NCBI GenBank assembly: GCA_028534125.1
Contig: CM052816.1
Location: 76,510,001 to 76,574,000 of the forward strand
Reading direction: 5' to 3'
Length of the DNA stretch: 64,000 nt
From: Lama glama
Taxonomy: Eukaryota
A program made the position numbers and the translations under genes. Under the pieces are notes generated by a model. That model saw nothing but the letters and a program-made list of their open reading frames with translations. It was not told where the DNA came from and searched no databases. Positions 23,915 to 36,364 of this stretch are shown in pieces. Numbering within the stretch: position 1 is the first letter of the stretch; each line of letters starts with the position of its first letter.

Positions 23915-24680
23915 GCTTGCTTACCATCTCTTGTTATAGTCATCTTAGTAAGTATGAAGTTGTAGGGATCTCATGTCGCTTTTATTGGCATTTCTCTGCT
24001 GACTACTGATGTTGAGCCTCTTTTCCACGTGCACATTGGCCATCTGTGTATCTTCTAAGGATAAAGGTCTATTCAAATATTCTTTGCCTAATTGAGCTAC
24101 GTGTCCTTACAGCATTGAGTTGTCAGAGTTATTTATGTATTCTGGATACAAGCCTCTTATTAGACATATGATTTGCAAATATCTCCTCCTATTCTATGGT
24201 TTCTCTTTTTATTTTCTTTATTGTGTTATTTACAGCACAAAATTTTCAATTTTGATGAAGTCCAATCTATTTTTTTCTTTTATTTATTTGCTTTTTAATT
24301 GCCTAAGGTTTACGCCTATGTTTTCTTCTAAAAGTTTACTAGGTGTGGTTCTTACATTTAGGTCTATGATCCATTTTGAGTTCATTTTTGTGCATGGTGG
24401 GAGGCAGATATCCAGTCTCACTCGTTTGTATGCCATTGTCCCAGCACACTTTGTTAAAAAGACTATTCTTTCTTCCATTGAGTTGTCTTAGCACCTTTGT
24501 TGAAAGTAAATTTGCCATCAATGTAAGAGTTTACTTCTGGACTTTCAGTTCTATTCCATTGATCTATATGTCTATCCTTATGCCAGTACCACACTGTCTT
24601 GATTACTGTAGCTTTGTAATAAGTTTTCAAAGAAGCATGACTCCTTTAACTTTGTTCTTCTTTTTCAAGATTGTTTTTTT
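23915..24680 (-). mobile_element. L1 ORF2 3' part (L1MB-like), truncated at both ends
   Basis: ORF 24284-24478 (PCTKMNSKWIIDLNVR...KLLEENIG) is L1 ORF2; ctattccattgatctatatgtctatccttatgccagtaccacactgtcttgattactgtagc. Confidence 0.9.
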
Positions 24681-25339
24681 ACCATTTTCAGTCCGTACCC
24701 ATTACTTTAAGCTGGGGAGAACGCATTCTTCCAGCTCGCATGGTTCCAGGCTGAAATGTCTTTTTTTAGTCCTTCCTCAAATGCCAGACCATTCATCCCC
24801 TTTGTTTGCAAACATGTTGCATGCCTCCCCAAATTATCACTGATGGTGATCAACAGTGAGCACAAAGAGCAACTGGAAATAAATGACAGGATGGAAAACA
24901 AGGGCTTTTAAAAGAAAATGACTGATTTAGGTCACCAGAAAGTCTTTGAATAGGATGTTGTGGGAACACAGTGTCACAATGAAAAATTAGATCGTAAATC
25001 TTGGAATAAATTCCTAAAACAGGTCTCTTACGTTTTCCTTTTCTTCATGTGGACTGGGTAAATTGTGTTGAATAAGTTAGTTGATTTTCTCAGACTCCTG
25101 CAAAATGAAAGAAAGCTGTGCTGTTTCTCATGCTCTTATTGCAGATCCTGCTTTTTTGATCTTTTGCAGTTAGTGCCCATGAGATTTTTTTTTATACCTC
25201 TTAAAGACTGAGCACTTCATGCTTTAATTGTGCTCAAAGGGTAAAAGTTATCATTTGGAAATGTACCTATACTGAGTTACAATAAACGTATCTCTATATG
25301 AGAGGTTTTGAGATTATATAACCATGTGTTAACCCTTTA

Positions 25340-25497
25340 CATAGTCACATCAGACCTTGTCAACTGGCCAGAGAAAGTTGCTGCTCTCATTTTACAGAAG
25401 CATAACTGAAGTTCTGAGACGTAAATTGATTTGCCTAGATAACTGAACATGGCTGGAACAGAGCCAGTATGAAAACACAGTATGTCAGCCTCCTGCA
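25340..25497 (-). mobile_element. MIR fragment
   Basis: ctctcattttacagaagcataactgaagttctgagacgtaaattgatttgcctag, reverse MIR core. Confidence 0.6.
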
Positions 25498-25502
25498 GAC
25501 AC

Positions 25503-25918
25503 TGTTAAAGGTTGAATTGTGTCCTCCAAAAAGATATGTTGTAATCCCAACATCTGATCCCTGAATGTGATCTTATTTAGAAACAGGGTCTTAGTAGATG
25601 TTGTTAAGTTGAAATCATTAGAGTGAGCCCTACTCAAACATGACTGGTATCATGAAAAGAGGAACACCATCTGACAACAGAGGCAAAGATGGTTATGAAA
25701 AAGCTGCAAGCCAAAGAATGCCACGGCTGATGGCAATCATCAGAATCTAGGAAGAGTCAAGAAAAGATTCTCCCCTGTAGGTTTCAGAGGGAGCATGGCT
25801 CTGCCAACACTTTGATTTTGAACATCTAGCCTCTAGAACTTTGAGACGGTAAATTTCTGTTGTTTGATACCACCTAGTTTTTGGTACTCTGTTACAGTAT
25901 ACCTAGCAAATTAATACA
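25503..25918 (+). mobile_element. MaLR solo LTR (MLT1B/C-like)
   Basis: tgttaaaggttgaattgtgtcctcc...ttaataca; 5-bp TSD GACAC/GACAT. Confidence 0.9.
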
Positions 25919-26689
25919 GACATGTTGCATGCTTAACACAGCACTTTATAACCAGAGATTAGCCTTCTCAGGGCACCAAATAGTGCTTCACAATTTAAGA
26001 ACCATTCCTTGCTATTTACACTCAGTTCCACTGCCTGAGGACAAATTCAATCTTGGACAGTGACCTTGGTATGAAGTATTTATTCTTCCCCTGCTTGAAG
26101 GCTATCAATGAGGAAAAGCTTTCTATGTCATGATTCAAAGAACTCCTCCTTTTGCACAGATCTGTCTGTTCAAAGTTTCTTCCTCATAAACTAATTTGCC
26201 TTCCTCTCACATCTATGATTAATACTTGCTCTCTTTTTTGAGGGCACTCAGGATGACCCAACTTCTTCTCTCATATGATGGGCCTTTAAACATTTAAAAT
26301 CAGATACATTTCCCCTACATCTTCTTCTAAGAATATCAACTGTTCCTCGTAGATCATGCTCTGGAAACGATTCACCATCCCTATAGGACAAATGTCAGTG
26401 AATCAGAGTCCCTCTAAGTCTAGCATCCAGAACTAAACACCAAATTCCCAGTGTCAACTGCTTGAAACAGATAAGGAGAGCCAGCTCTTCTGCTGTATGG
26501 ACACGTTTTCTGATACAAGAAAATATTACTATTATAACCCAAACTGCCTTTCAATGAGGTAAATCTTGACAAATAGAAGAACTCTTTGTTCTTATTAGCA
26601 TCTTAATAGATTTGGGGAGGGACAAATTTTGGAGTCCATCCATTTTTCCATGTAAAGATAGAGTTCCCAAAAAGTGTAGGGGCACAGGA

Positions 26690-27420
26690 TGGCAATACAG
26701 TTATATAAGTGTCTACTCCACTGAATAAAAGCCCAAAGGACAACAGCAAGTTTGAAAGAGGGGCCAAATAAAACAACATCAAGTTGAATGTGAATAAATA
26801 AGAAATCTATCACTTGGGATTTTAAATGATTTGCATCCCCCACCAACAAAAAAAATTTATGTTGAATTCCTACCTCCCCCCTAGCATGACTAAATTTGGA
26901 GACAGAGTTTCTAGGAGTAGTTGAGGTTAAATGAGATCATAAGGATAGGATCCTAATAGCATAGGATTGGTGGCCTTATAAAAAGAGGAAAAGAGTGTCC
27001 TTTTCTCTGTCTCTATCTTTATCTCTGTTTCTCGTCCCATTTGTCTGCACAAAGGAAAGGCCATGTAATGATATAGCAAGAAGGGGGCCATCTGTAAAGC
27101 AGGAAGGAAGTTCTCACAGGAACCACATCAGCCAGCACCTGATCTTAGGCTTCTAGACCTCCAGAACTGTGAGAACGAAATTTCTGTTATTTAAGCCACC
27201 TGAACTATGGTGCTTTGTTGTGGCAGCCTGATCTGACTAAGACAACACTAATACAGGATGAAGAGAGAAGATAAACAGCAAGTGTGGCAAAGATTTAAGA
27301 GTTTCTCATCAAAAACTCTACATGAATTACAACTGGGTTAAAGCTGTTCCGAAAGGTAATGCAGACAAAGGCGCTCCTAATACAGATGGAACCCGATGTC
27401 AGCTAGGACATCTGTCTCCA
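26690..27420 (+). mobile_element. L3/CR1 LINE relic split by an MLT1A LTR
   Basis: aaatctatcacttggg|LTR|...aatacaggatg...aaacagcaagtgtggcaaagatttaagagttt...catgaattacaactg resembles the CR1 RT C-terminal region. Confidence 0.5.
26818..27244 (+). mobile_element. MaLR solo LTR (MLT1A-like)
   Basis: tttatgttgaattcct...ggttaaatgagatcataagg...cctccagaactgtgagaacgaaatttctgttatttaagccacc...gactaagaca. Confidence 0.9.
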
Positions 27421-27621
27421 CCAGATTCAGACACATTTGTATTGAACTGCGCATTTCTCAGCTGCTTACATCTAAATGCTTCCCGGACTTTCGTGCATTC
27501 CTAAAGTTTATGAGCTCCTGTTCTCAGGCCCCCGTGGCCTCCTGCATTCACACTTCAGTCTCTGCTTTGCCTTGAGACAACCATCTCCAGCCTCTTAGTG
27601 CCACATCTCAAGGATCATAAG

Positions 27622-27790
27622 CAGGGCCAGCTTCATGCATCTGAAATCAGTGCAGTCCTGCATGGTCCTGCATTCAGAAAGGCCTAAGTGTGGTCCCCTG
27701 TTGCAACTGTCTTGAAATTCTTAACCATTCTGTCTTTGAATTTGTGTTTCTTAAGTGAAGTCTGATAGGACAGTGGAACATGTACCTTCG
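27622..27790 (+). mobile_element. MER45-like hAT-Tip100 fragment
   Basis: cagggccagcttcatg...tgtcttgaaattcttaa...tttgaatttgtgttt. Confidence 0.6.
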
Positions 27791-28417
27791 AAACTGCTCA
27801 TCGGAAACTGAAATTGAGCTCCTGTAGCTATAGTGATGATCAATTTGAAAAGTTACTTGTATCATTCCCTTCTCCTCTTCCAAGTTGCACTCCCTCAGTT
27901 CCCATTCCTGATACTTAGGGTCACTTCCTAAATGAATTGCCTACAGACCAGTCCATGTTTCACGCTTTGTTTTCCAGGGAAGGGAAACCAAGACTAAGGC
28001 AGCTGTGAGACTACACACTAGGGCTTGGTGTCCTTGGGAAATAAACCCTCAGAAATAACTGAGGCCACCTGTGTGACTTTCTTGAGTTCCTGTCCACCTA
28101 CCCTTTCAAACAGTTAATATGAATCATATATTTATTGACATATATTAAAAAACATTGCAGAATATGGTCTTTTTTGCCATGATAAAATATGCAAATAAAC
28201 AATATAACTATTGATCTTACAAGCTGGTCAAATGGATGTCTAAGTCTAAACGACTGAAAATCATGACCTTGCTGTTTATGACCAGTTATCATGGTAAGAC
28301 TAAGAAAATGAGAAAGAAAAATTACATCTTTAAGAAAAATCACATTTTAAAAAAATCTATGAATAAGATGTGAAAAATGGGCTGAAGGAAGATAAATTCT
28401 AAATGAAAGAAGCAGGT

Positions 28418-28472
28418 TTAGAAGTAAAAATTAGAAGTATATTAGAAGTAAAAAAATTAGAAGTAAAAAAAT
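28418..28472. repeat. Short degenerate tandem repeat (TTAGAAGTA[A]n) x4
   Basis: ttagaagtaaaaa ttagaagtata ttagaagtaaaaaaa ttagaagtaaaaaaa. Confidence 0.85.
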
Positions 28473-28819
28473 TTGTAACTTAAATAAAATATCTGTTCAG
28501 TTATAGAATTAATAGAAGTCAGATGACTTGTAAAAATAGAACAGGCTGAAGTTCAAATAGATTTCTTTCAAAATGTTAATTAGTACCAAGTCAGAACACT
28601 GCAGCAACTCCAGGGCAAATATACTAATTTCCTTTTTCCTGGATCTTTCTGACCAAAACAGACAAACAGGGCTTTATAGAAAAGCAGAATAAGTATAAAA
28701 GTACAAAACAGAAATGATTTCAGACTTGTACTGCCTTCCTGGAGTTGAGCAACTTTGCTTCGGTCATTTTTATCAGATGAAGTCTGAGTTCACTTAATGG
28801 ATAGGAAACTTTCAGAAAT

Positions 28820-29290
28820 ATGTCACAAACGAACAGCAATACTTTATTTAGCTTTCATATCTTCAGTTTTATATGTGTGGGAAACTCACCGCTGCTCCAC
28901 GTGGCATCAACTCAGCTGGGGGCTACAAGCTCACTTCTGAGATGATCCACTCCCATGGCTGTCAAGTTGGTGCTGGCTGTTGGCTGGGAGTTCAGTCATA
29001 TGTGGCTGATGACTGGAGCCTTGGATGTTCTCCATATGGACCTCTCTATATGCTTCTTGGGCTTCCATACAGCTTGGTGACTGAACTGAGTGAGAATTCC
29101 AAGTGAATAAGGCAAAAAAAAATCACCTTTTATGATTTAGTATTGGAAGTCACAAAGCATCACTACCACTGACAACCAGATTCAGGTGGAAGGAACAAAT
29201 ATCCCATTCCTTGGGTGGGAGCAGTGGCAAAATTAAGTTGTAAGAAGAGCATGGGGAATAGAACATGTTGTTGCCCTCATCACTATTACA
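28820..29290 (-). mobile_element. Old MaLR LTR (MLT1H/J-like)
   Basis: gctccacgtggcatcaactcagctgg...catggctgtcaagttggtgctggctgttggctgggag...ggaagtcacaaagcatcact. Confidence 0.75.
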
Positions 29291-30314
29291 AGAGTGAGTA
29301 AGGGAAACAGAAGACTTTCTGTAGGACTGATTTCATGTGAAAATCCTTTTGACACAGTTTTTGGCACATCATTCTTCTGAAAAATGTAGGCCTACATATA
29401 CCAATAAAATAAAACAAATTACAGTCTTTAAATTCACGAGCGCTGCAAAAATCAGACAAAATCAACTTGAACAGTAGGTGAAAAAAGCATTGCAACTACT
29501 AAGATGAACTTGGCCAAGCTTTTGAACATCTATAAACTGTAACTTCCTTATCTCTAAATTTTGGAATAAATTATATTATGAAGACAAAAGTCAAAAGAAT
29601 AGAATAAAACATTTTATGTAAACTATAAAACTAGCAAATACATTCAGATAACATTATTTACCTTCTTTCTTAAGCATAGTATTTCATTGGCTACTACCAC
29701 CAACTCTCAAGATCCATAATGTGATAAATTAAATAACAAATATGAAAGGAGGTCAATCCTAGAATCATATTTCAGTAGGAAAATTCTAGATACTGGGCTG
29801 TAGAATGATGTATTAGAAATTTTCTTTGTTACTTATGAACCAAAAACTACATTAAAAAAATAAAACTCATTTAACAAGTGACATGTGGGCATACTTTAGT
29901 CATGGCTCAAACATTCCAAGACAAGATGTTGCCTACCCATGAAAAACACAATTAAGAAAGCCTTGGGGAACAGTAAAATTAAAAACAAAAATAGAAAAAC
30001 TGCTTAGCTTCCAGTAAAAGCAGGAAGCAGGTTGTGTAAAGGAAGTAATCAAAATGTGAGCATGGAAGACACTTAAAGTACTTACATCACATAAGAATCC
30101 ACTAAATTCATGTAATTAGAGTCAAAACATATTTCGTAAGCATTACAAGCAGTAAAAACATTCAAAATATTTGTGCATATTTTATGATTTAATCACAGTT
30201 AAGTATAAATAATGTTAAATACAGAAAGTTTAGGAAAAGAGCAAGAAGTATGGTTAAAGTTTTAGAAAATGGTAAATAGAAGGGAAAATTTCACTTGAAA
30301 TTTTTCTACTGTGT

Positions 30315-30465
30315 AACACAGAGAACTATTTCTTGTAGTAACCTATAATGAAAAAGAATGTGAAAAGGAATATACGTATGTACACGCCTGACTGAAACAT
30401 GCTGTGCACCAGAAACTGACACATTATTGTAAACTGACTATACTTCAATTAAAAAAAGAAAAAAA
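30315..30465 (+). mobile_element. Very short camelid-type L1 3' terminus
   Basis: cttgtagtaacctataatgaaaaagaa...gtaaactgactatacttcaattaaaaaaag, homologous to the end of the 15635-16879 L1. Confidence 0.85.
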
Positions 30466-31134
30466 CTTAAGTAATCTGGTTAAAAGGAAAACACAGCCAA
30501 GCATTTACTAATAATTGCTTACAAATATGCAAAGAATATGTAAAAGAATTCCTATCTTACCTTCACTTTCCCCAAAATGTTAATAAAGGGGATTAATCAA
30601 TGACAAAGCTTTAAATGCAATGGTTTTTAAGCACCTGAGATGAGCCATAGAACTAGGTTTGCAATCAGCCTTTCTAGGAAGACGAAACAATTTGCTTCTT
30701 AATTTTGATGTTTTTCTAACTACAAATCATGAACTTGACTAACGGTGACTACCAATACATTATATTCTAGAAACTAAAATCCTTAATGGAAAAATTAACT
30801 ACTCTTTGAAAAAAAATTACATATAACCTGATCATTTATGTAACAAAATAGATAAAATGCCATTATTGTGGCAGTGCCTATGAGAATTCTTTTACGGTAG
30901 GACACACATTTGTTGAAACAGTCACTGATAATCTTGACTGTGGAGGAGAGGTGGGTGGTAAGGGGCATTGCCATGCATACAGTGACAAAGAGAGATGGGC
31001 ATTTGTTTGTTGTTGCTGAGAGGAAGGAGAAGGATGGGTGGGGGGGGAGTGTCAGCCTTGACACCAACAAGAGTTCAAACTGTGATCCTGCCCTTAACAC
31101 ACCACATCATCAGTGCATCTTCTAAAACTTGACA

Positions 31135-31648
31135 GTGGAATATTATGCAGCCTTTAAAAGAGGGAAATCCTGTAATTTGCAACTACGTGGATAAACCTGA
31201 AGGGCATAACGGTAAGTGAAATAAGCCAGACAGGAAAGGATAAATACCCCATAGTATCAATTATATGTGGAATCTTTAAAAAAAAAAGGGAATCTTAAAA
31301 AAAGAAAGTTGAACTCAGAAATAGAGATTAGAAAAGTGGTTACCAGGAAGATGTGGGTAAAAGGGTACAAATTTCAGCTATAAGATGAAAAAGGTCTGAG
31401 GATCTAATGTAAAACATGGTGACTGTAGTTGATAACTGTTATTGTATAACTGAAATTTGCTCAGAAAGTAGAATGCAGATGTTCTCACACACACACACGC
31501 AAGATAAATATGTGAGGTGATGGATGTATTAATTAACTCGATGGGATGAGTCATTTTACAGTGTATATGTATATCAAATCATTATGTTCTCCACTTAAAG
31601 TATATTACAATTTTATTTGTCAATTATACCAAAATAAAGGAGGGGGAA
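31135..31648 (+). mobile_element. L1 3' end (L1MA-like) with TSD
   Basis: ggaatattatgcagcc...taagtgaaataagccagac...tgtcaattatacc; TSD AAAACTTGACA (31124-31134) / AAAACTTTACA (31649-31659). Confidence 0.88.
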
Positions 31649-31664
31649 AAAACTTTACAAAAGA

Positions 31665-32272
31665 TAAAGAGTGGCAGAAGGGCAAAATAAATATGCTGCC
31701 TACAAGGGACTTATTTTAGATCTAAAAACACACACAGTTGGGAAGTGAGTGGAAGGAAAAAGATATACCATGCAAATGAAGACAAAGAAAGCTGTGGTCA
31801 TCTATATCAGACAAAATGGACTTTAAAATGAAGACTGTAATAAGAGACAAAGAAGAGAATTACATAATGATAAAGGAATCAATCCAACACAAATTTATAA
31901 CATTTGCAAATACATGTGCACCCAACACAGTAGCATATAAACACACAGAGCAAATATTAACAGATAGAAAGGAAAAAATTGATAGTAATACAATAGTAGG
32001 AAACTTTAACACCCCACTTACATCAATAGACAGATCATCCAGACAGAAAATCAATAAGGATATAGTGGCCTTAAAGATACATTAGACCAAATGGACTTAA
32101 TAGTTGGATGCACAAAACATTTCACCCAAAAAATAGCAGAAAATATATTCTTTTCAAGTGTACATGGAACATCTTTCAGGATAGATCACCTGCTAGGTCA
32201 CAGAACAAGTAAATTTAAGATTGGACATCCTAGCCATAGCAATCAGGCAAGTAAAAGAAATAAAAAGAATCC
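31665..32272 (+). mobile_element. L1 ORF2 endonuclease-domain fragment fused to a short RT-region piece
   Basis: ORFs 31816-32085 (RDKEENYIMIK...IVGNFNTPLTSIDRSSRQKINKD) and 32091- (FFSSVHGTSFRIDHLLGH) are L1 EN; jump at ~32220 to ttggacatcctagccatagcaatcaggcaagtaaaagaaataaaa (LAIAIRQ-KEIK). Confidence 0.9.
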
Positions 32273-32810
32273 TAGCTCCCCAAAACGAATGCCACCAGTG
32301 TCTCAGTTCTGCTGGAGTGTCCCAGCTGCCCCCTGCCTCTCTGAGAGGCTCTCTAAGATCAGCAAGTGGGTCTGACCAATTGCTTCTGCGGTGAGCACGT
32401 GAGACTGCGCAGGCTCCCTTTAAGAGCAGAATCTCTGTTTCCTGTAGCCCTCACGTAAGCCCTACTAGTTTTCATAGCCTGATTTTCTGGGGATTCATCT
32501 TCCAGATGCAGGACCCTTGGGCTGGGGAGTCTGATGTGGGGTTTAGGTCCCTCTTTTCTCAGGGAGGTAATTTGCAGTTGTTATATCCTTCCCATTTGTG
32601 GGTCACTGGGGACCCAGGTGCTGAGTAGAGCATGTCTCTACCCCTTCTACCTGTCTTATTGTGGCCCCTTCTTTTTATTATTAATTGTGGAAAATCTTTG
32701 CTGCTACTGTTCAGGTCATTCTCGTAGACAGTTTTTCTGTAAGTAGTTGTAATTTTGGTATATTCACAGAAGGTGAGCTCAGGGTCTTCCTACCCTGCCA
32801 TCTTGATCAA
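32273..32810 (-). mobile_element. L1 5'UTR (laurasiatherian type), inverted relative to the adjacent ORF2 fragment
   Basis: Reverse complement begins caagatggcagggtaggaagaccctgagctcacc (YY1-type CAAGATGGC motif at 32797-32805), typical of L1 5' starts. Confidence 0.8.
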
Positions 32811-32899
32811 CTCAAATTGACTATTTAAATTCAGGAATGTGTAATACTAGAAGTGACCTCAAACTTCTCCAAACCATATATAGAAATTATGACATTTTT

Positions 32900-33550
32900 T
32901 GGTGAATGTATCACTTGAAATCCACTAAAATTGACCTAATCAGACATGATAGTTTTGCAATTTCCTGAATGTATTGTAAAATGAGGGTTTTCATGGATCC
33001 CTTTCTAACGTTCTTGTGTGTACAGTTTTTCCTAATCAACAAACAAAAGACAGTAGGTTAAAAAATTAAGAAAATCTGAAAAAAGTATGTGCTTTAGTTA
33101 ACAACAATACATAAATATCAGTTTATTAACTGTAACAAACGTACCATTCTAATGCAGTTTGTTAATAGGGGAAAATGGGTCCTGGTTTATGGGAACTCTT
33201 TGAGCTATCTTCATAGTGATTTATGTAATTATTACTGCATGTGAAAGACTTTTTTGAAACTGTAATGAATAAAAAAAATTCTTCAATCAGTTATGAACAA
33301 ATTTGACTGCTTTCTGTTGATCATTAATACACAAAGAAAAATCATTTCTATGAAGTCATTTCAATTTTTCAGAAGTTAGGGATTGAAAACAGACATGGTA
33401 ACGTTATTTATTATTGTGACAGACCAATATGTGTTTATAATCTCTAGGTCTTTGTTTCAAAAAATGCATCAATGTAATTTTAAAATATTAGCCCATAAGT
33501 TTTTCTTTTAGTACTGTTATATTTATTCTATTTTTTATGTTTTACAGTCA
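32900..33550 (+). mobile_element. Fossil hAT (Tip100/Zaphod/Arthur-like) transposase C-terminal region interrupted by an L1MC-like 3' fragment (~33070-33220)
   Basis: tgcatgtgaaagacttttttgaaactgtaatgaataaaaaaaattcttcaatcagttatg resembles the CERxFSxL..IKN.LRSTM dimerisation-domain motif. Confidence 0.45.
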
Positions 33551-33554
33551 TAAT

Positions 33555-33640
33555 TATATATATGTTATATATATACACACATTCATATATAAAGTATATA
33601 TATATATATATATAAATATATATATTCATATATAAAGTAG
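33555..33640. repeat. (TA)n-rich microsatellite with internal duplication (attcatatataaagta x2)
   Basis: Directly visible. Confidence 0.9.
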
Positions 33641-36364
33641 ATAATAGAGAATTTTCATGCTTTTCTGGCCACTAGTATGATTTGCTTTGTTTCATGTTAA
33701 AAATTTTTTGTCATGTGGAAAGAGAATTTTGCTAAAAAGAAAATTATCCATTCCAAATTGTACCAGTGGACAGATCCACACAGCATGAGGATAGAATAAA
33801 TTCTGAGAATTAGTAAAAGTCTTGTCAAAGTTCATATTATGCTCCCAGGGCCAGGAGAATCCAGCTAGTAACCTGAGTTATACACTCAAAAGAAAAAGAA
33901 AAGAAAAGAAAAACGAAGTAGAGGTGTGGCTATAGGTACAGAAACTAGGTATGTTACAGAGATACTAAAGTGACCCAGGCTTAAATCTAGAAAAGGAAAT
34001 CATTTTCCTCTGGTTTGCTTTCAGTAACTATTCTCACATACATTCTTTCTTCATACAGAACACTAATTGACAAGGTTTATTTTTCCCACCCCAAACATAC
34101 AGGCTTATTACTGCTTTATTGTGGGGATAGGGGAGAAGGAGGATAGAAAATTTAAAGCACAACCCAAGGTACATGTTAGAATTTCTGAAGCACAGTATGT
34201 AGCATAAAAATGATCCCCAAATAATTCATGATTCTAATTAACTCTAACCCCAGGGGCTATGGCCCCACCCTCTTGCAATCCCAATTAATAATCCCTACTA
34301 ATAAAGGATCTTTCATTCATTGGGTAAACATTTAATGAATACTGACCATATATTATATCCAAGCTGGGTTTCTCAGTTGTGTTCTTACCATTAGCTCATC
34401 ATGTTACTGCTATTATAGCCTGTCTCTGGGGTTGGGTCATCTTCTGGCAGTGCTGGGTGTTTTTAATCCATCCCAGCACAAAATCTTAATCATCATGTGC
34501 ATGGTTCCCAAGTTCCAGAACATCACTTTCTTATACCACACATTACTTGGCTTCACTTTTAGGACCCAGCCTCATCTCCTCACCCTTTGGTGATTTACAT
34601 TTGAGACGGAGGAGAAGGATATTTATTTCCCAGAAGCTTAAGAGAAGAATCTACAGCTAATCATTTAAAGCTCGTATTTTTCGTAACCAGGATTTTGTCT
34701 CATTCTTCGTTCTTAGTCCACTAATTTCACATTCTCATTTTCCAAGCTTAAGAAATAAATACAAAGTTAGCCCATAAATTTGACACTCATGTCATTCTCA
34801 GATTTTCAAGGATAATAAAAACTATTTTCTGTTTTGCCCTTTAGGAATGTATGAGTATACTTAGCTGATTTTGTGTCCTCATTTTTTGTACAAAAATTAA
34901 CATTGTTTTATCTATCCATGTACCTATACAACATCCTTTCAAATTCAATAAGAACATTTTGAAATTCCTTCATAGCATCATATACTGAACATTTGAGTTC
35001 TTCCTCATGAAGCCAGTTTTCCAAAATTTTTATCCTTTTCATAACTCTCCTTGTGAGTGAATATATGTTGCAAAAATAAAACAACCAGCTAAGAAGATCA
35101 ATTCAGAGGAAAAAAATATCAGCAAATTCAGTCAAAGTATTCAGGAGCATTGTTAGACCCAACAAATGGGCCCCTATTTATTTCAGCATTTAATCAGCAA
35201 AGTGACCCTGATATCTGCCAAATGTAGACACAATATGTTCTCTTCCAAAACCTGTATGTTTCACTCCCACTGGGTCTAGTCCCAGCTTTAATGAGTTGTG
35301 TTCCATAAATCCATTTATTGGGCCTGTTTGGATTTGGAATGTATTTTCCCAGAGAAATGTGATGGGTGTGTTGTGTTCCCAGGCCTGCCCACAAACTCTA
35401 TTTAGTCAAGGAGTGTTAGAGCTAGGAGGACTTAAAAAATCATCTAATCTAACCATCTTAAAACCATAATATTGCTGAAATTGTAATAACAGTTGCCCCT
35501 AGAGAGCCTTTGGAGACCTTCTTGAGTTCATTAAGACTCTTCTGTGCCCTGACAGGGCCAGTTTGCTTGGGGTTGTAGAAGACAACGTCCAAGGAGCCAT
35601 GCCAGGAACAGAGCTTGTCCTGGGACAATCTTTGCAGCACAAAGAGCATTGTCTAGGGCTGGAGGTCTGGTGGGGAATGGGCATGAGCAGTAAAGCAACG
35701 GTGAAATAATTGCCAGGGTAGAAGTGTCTCGAGGAAGCAGAAGTCTCAGTCTAGAATCTTTCTACATAAGCCAGATTTTATCCATTGTATCAATAGTTCT
35801 CCTTGACTGACTTGACTTTACACTGTGGTTCTCTTGAGCAAGTGGTGAGGGGAAATGTCACCTCAACGGCCACCAAGGTGCCATGCTCAGCTTGGGGAAC
35901 TTGGAGTGATCAGAATGTTACCCTAGAAGCCTGGACAGTCTCACATTTATTTCCCAGATGCCAGGACTGAGAGAAGTCAAGCCTCACTCCAAAATGGTAG
36001 AATCCCAATAAGGCAAAATAATATTTGTAAATAGCTTCTCCCCAGCAAGAAAGATTTCAGAATAAGATTTTTCAGCTTTTTTTTTTTCCTTTTAAGTCCT
36101 GTCTCTTTTAGCTAATCATGTCAGGAAAGTCCCATCTCCTACATCCCCGTTTAAAGCCATTTACTTCCCCCTAGGATGACATGACCATCATAAAGAATTA
36201 CTCTCCTGGGACCAACTATGATTTCCTCTGCAGAGAAAACAAAAACAGAAACTCATGGTATCCTATTTGGTAGTCTATAAGGTATTATGATATTATGATC
36301 ATATATCTAGAGATTTTTTTACTTCTTACTACTGAAAAGGGTGCCCCAGCTGATTATTTGGGTT

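Noticed and set aside
21245..24680. Possible 3.4-kb inversion, because the flanking L1 pieces are near-consecutive ORF2 segments on opposite strands
   Set aside because: The left piece looks much more diverged than the right, so they are probably independent insertions; RepeatMasker subfamily calls would settle it.
28418..28472. Short direct repeats here and at 45460-45485, 13178-13200 and 46630-46658 as a CRISPR-like or functional array
   Set aside because: Only 2-4 adjacent units with no unique spacers; ordinary slippage duplications in a eukaryotic genome.
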